DNA of 64,000 nt from Takakia lepidozioides. Its lineage: Eukaryota > Plantae > Bryophyta. Under the pieces are notes generated by a model, which did not search any database, had not been told where the DNA came from, and was given only the letters and a program-made list of their open reading frames with translations. Each line of letters begins with the position of its first letter. Positions within the stretch are counted from its first letter, which is position 1. Positions 61,134 to 64,000 of this stretch are shown here, piece by piece. The translations under genes and the position numbers were made by a program. The stretch covers positions 44,020,001-44,084,000 of the forward strand of contig CM060733.1 in assembly GCA_030704615.1 (NCBI GenBank), in the 5' to 3' direction.

Positions 61134-63457
61134 ATTACTTCAGCCAAAGTCCCTTCATTACTTTGCATGTCTGCAACTTCTTTCTTCCTTTCATCCTCAC
61201 TCACTTCTTCTTCTCCATCAGAATCAGAGGAATCTGCCACAGGAATATCAGTACTCTTCTGCATTTCCCTTATGGTATTTGCCACTTCTTTGTGCAATTC
61301 CTTCTCATCTCTCCAAGCCTCATCGTCTTCAGGCATATCACTGCCATCTTCATTATCATCATCTTCCTCAACTACTGGAGGTATTAGTTTGGCTTTGCTT
61401 CTTGTTACTATCATTGTACTTACTTCTGGTACAACACATGGCCTAACCATGTGAGCTGCCACCACTGGGCCCTCATTCATAGGAGCTCTCATCTCATTCA
61501 GGTGTCTAATCCAGAATGAACAGGCTGCCTTGCGATGTCCTGGCTGATTACAATAGTAACACAGTTCTTCACCATTGGGTCCTCGCCCTTGGTCTGCTCT
61601 TGGATTATTTCTGTAATCCTGATTCCCTGGCTAGTAATTCCCCCTTGGATTACCCTGATAGTTGCCTCTGGAATTTCCTTGGTAACTCCCTCTTGAATTA
61701 CCCCTCCCTTCCATGCCATTGTTATAACCACCAGGCCTACCATAGTGGTCCTGATCACTGTTTCTTCTTGGCTGGGGCTGCACTTGATGCACCCTTACTT
61801 GCCTAGTTTCTCTAGCAGCTGTCCTTCTGTTGTAGTAACAATTCTCAGTAGAATGGTTATCCATCTTACAGATAGTACAGTGTTTCTCCTTCATGTGGCA
61901 TTCAGTGGTGGTATGGCCTTCATTCTGGCACTTTGCACACCAAACACCCTTCCTCCAATGTGTTGCAGCCTCTGTGGCATACTTCTTCAAGATTTCTTCT
62001 AATCTTTTCTCATAGTTATCCCTCTTCAACTTCTCCTTTCTCTTACTCTTCCTTTTCAGTTCTTGCTCTTCTTCTTCATCTGACTCATCTTCAGAGTCCT
62101 CATCATCCCTTTTCTCTCTCCTGAGCATTCCCAATTGCTCAATTCTGTTTGCTGTTTCAAATGCCTCCTCCACTGTATTATGGGGTAACATATCCACTTT
62201 CTTCTGCAACTCTGGTCTTAGTCCACTCACAAACCAAGTCTTCTGTAAACCTGGTGCTGGTACAGCAGCCAACTTTTTCATCATCATTTCCATCTTTTCC
62301 ATATACTCCTCAACAGTTTCATGCTTCTTTTGCTTTAACTGTTGTAAACTTCCATACACTTCATCCTCAGTTTTACTTGTCCTGAACCTATTTCGGAACG
62401 TTGTACTCAAGCCATTCCAGGTTAGGAAATGAGTATCAGGGAGTCTTGCATACCATTCACTTGCTTTCTTTATAAGTGAACATGGAAACAGTCTCATCTT
62501 GGCATCATCGCCATTCTCATTGTTCACTATACACATGTGCTCAAATTGGCTAATGTGTACATCGGGATCCCCTTTTCCTGAATATATTGGAAAAGGTGGT
62601 TTTGCCCGTGTTGGTTGTAACGCCATCTGTGGCCCTACCTTCTGCCCACTGACAGGTGCTGGCACCCTTGCTGGTGCTGGTCCTTCAGGACCTGTTGTAG
62701 TTGTGGTGGATCTTCCACAAAGTGGTGGCCCCTGAGCACTCCCTGCTACTGGCCCCACGATATTCACAGTATTCCCAGCTCCAGTTGCACTACTTCCCAC
62801 ACTCCCTGTCCCCCCGGAGCCAGATCCAGGCAGCCCGCCTGATCCCCCTGAGCCGACACCTTCGTTGGCCTGTGATCCAAGTGCTCCACTTGATCCAGGT
62901 CCAACGGGTTGGGATGTCCTGGTTGTAGTCTCAACCTCAGCTGTTGGGTCTACTTCTTCATACTCTTCCTCTTCCAATTTCTTCTCTCTATTTTCATCCT
63001 CCAAGTTCTGCCCTTGGGTTTCTTCTTCACTCATGTAACTCAACTGCAATGGTGTTGGAGAGTCTGAACTCTCCGTTGGCTCTGCCATGTCCTCTCCTCC
63101 TTCTTCACCCTCCACTTCAGAAGCTGGAGTTCCTGCTTTTGGTGTTCCATGCCAACTCTTATCAAAGATTTCTGTCAAATCTTTTATCCAGGGATGTACC
63201 TCAGATCTTTCACCTCGTGATTGATCTTCTTCCCGTACCAATTCCCTTAATCTTTCTTGCAAAGAAAAAGAAGGAGTGGCATCCAACTCTAGTTCTTCCG
63301 GTATGGGTGATGTACTCTCTGATCTTAACGGTGTGAGAGGTCCAGATGATTCCCCTATGTCTATTCCTCTCTCCCAAAGATATGGATAATTAGCTTTCAG
63401 ATAGCTTTTTCTTTTTGCTGAATATCTCTGGAGTCTAGCTTCTCTTTCATCACTCAT
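61028..63457 (-). pseudogene. gag: gag with CCHC zinc knuckles (frameshifted at 3' end)
   Basis: YSGKGDPDVHISQF...LFPCSL..ASEWY; LKQKKHETVEEY; CAKCQNEGHTTTEC; CTICKMDNHSTENC. Confidence 0.92.
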
Positions 63458-63478
63458 GTCCCATGTCTTTCATTTCTT

Positions 63479-64000
63479 TTAATGTGGCAATAACCAAAAC
63501 TCTCTTCTGTAATATCTCTCGTATATGCCTGGGTTTCTCTCAAGCTTCAATGTTCCTCTGGATATACTAGAAGTCTCCGTTACCATATACCCATATGGTA
63601 AACAAGTCTGAAAAGCTGTTCTTGGTGTGAGTTTGATCCACAAGATATCCTTTGGAATCCAGTTCTTTACCAGTACAAGCTCTTCATGCATATGAGTATA
63701 AACATTCACCTTTCTTTCCTCCCAGCCTTCAAACTCTACTCGTTTAATGGATAGCAATGCTATCACATAAACCAGTGTTGGTAACCAACGTGCTCTTCCT
63801 TTACAGGCCACCTGATAAATCTTTATCACTCCTTTCTCCAGACCCCATTCAGGGTCAGCATCATGCACTCTTTTAAGAATGTTTTCTTTACAACCGTCTG
63901 GCAATTCCAAGAACCTCTGAAAGAATCGTTTGGACAATCTTTCCTTCTCAGTTTCACAGGGAATTTGATTCACATCAAATTCTTTAATTCTCCATCCACC
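63479..64000 (-). CDS. ORF0 upstream of gag (partial)
   Basis: Paralog of 52553-53248. Confidence 0.6.
   Translation of the reverse strand, partial: GGWRIKEFDVNQIPCETEKERLSKRFFQRFLELPDGCKENILKRVHDADPEWGLEKGVIKIYQVACKGRARWLPTLVYVIALLSIKRVEFEGWEERKVNVYTHMHEELVLVKNWIPKDILWIKLTPRTAFQTCLPYGYMVTETSSISRGTLKLERNPGIYERYYRREFWLLPH

Larger units (their letters stand above)
53331..64000 (-). mobile_element. Non-chromoviral Ty3/Gypsy element: ORF0, gag, pol, repeat tract, ORF3, ORF4 (5' LTR outside window, 3' end lost)
   Basis: Domain order PR-RT-RH-IN; no chromodomain or second RNase H is apparent. Confidence 0.93.

Overview
This is a eukaryotic, almost certainly land-plant, window made entirely of nested transposons. 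Evidence for that origin: GT-AG introns, a PLS-type PPR gene fragment and a tRNA-Arg-like PBS. There is no intact host gene. The window has two parts. (1) About 1-36.7 kb and 48.8-51.6 kb hold a cluster of large Mutator-like (MULE) DNA transposons. They have 21-bp TIRs backed by GCTCATG repeats, one verified 9-bp TSD, and a transposase with a Cys/His Zn domain, a DDE core and a SWIM finger. They share one plan: the transposase points to one TIR, and a divergently transcribed, intron-containing cargo gene points to the other. The cargo gene encodes a ParB/Sulfiredoxin-like domain (DGNHR) fused to a beta-class N6A/N4C DNA-methyltransferase-like domain (DIPDG ... LDLxxGxG). Between the genes and inside the cargo introns lie tandem arrays of long palindromes, and the motif differs by family (GGAAATTCGGCGCCGAATTTCC versus GCTCAAACAGTGTGCG-N4-CGCACACTGTTTGAGC). 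This writer/reader-plus-target-array layout is the main candidate for an undescribed system. (2) About 36.7-64 kb is mostly Ty3/Gypsy LTR retrotransposons: a chromovirus cut by a 500-N gap, and a non-chromoviral family with three extra ORFs, apparently rearranged by a ~6.2-kb inversion. Also present are a Pack-CACTA element and a solo LTR, both with verified TSDs. All domain calls come from motif recognition by eye; no database search was run.
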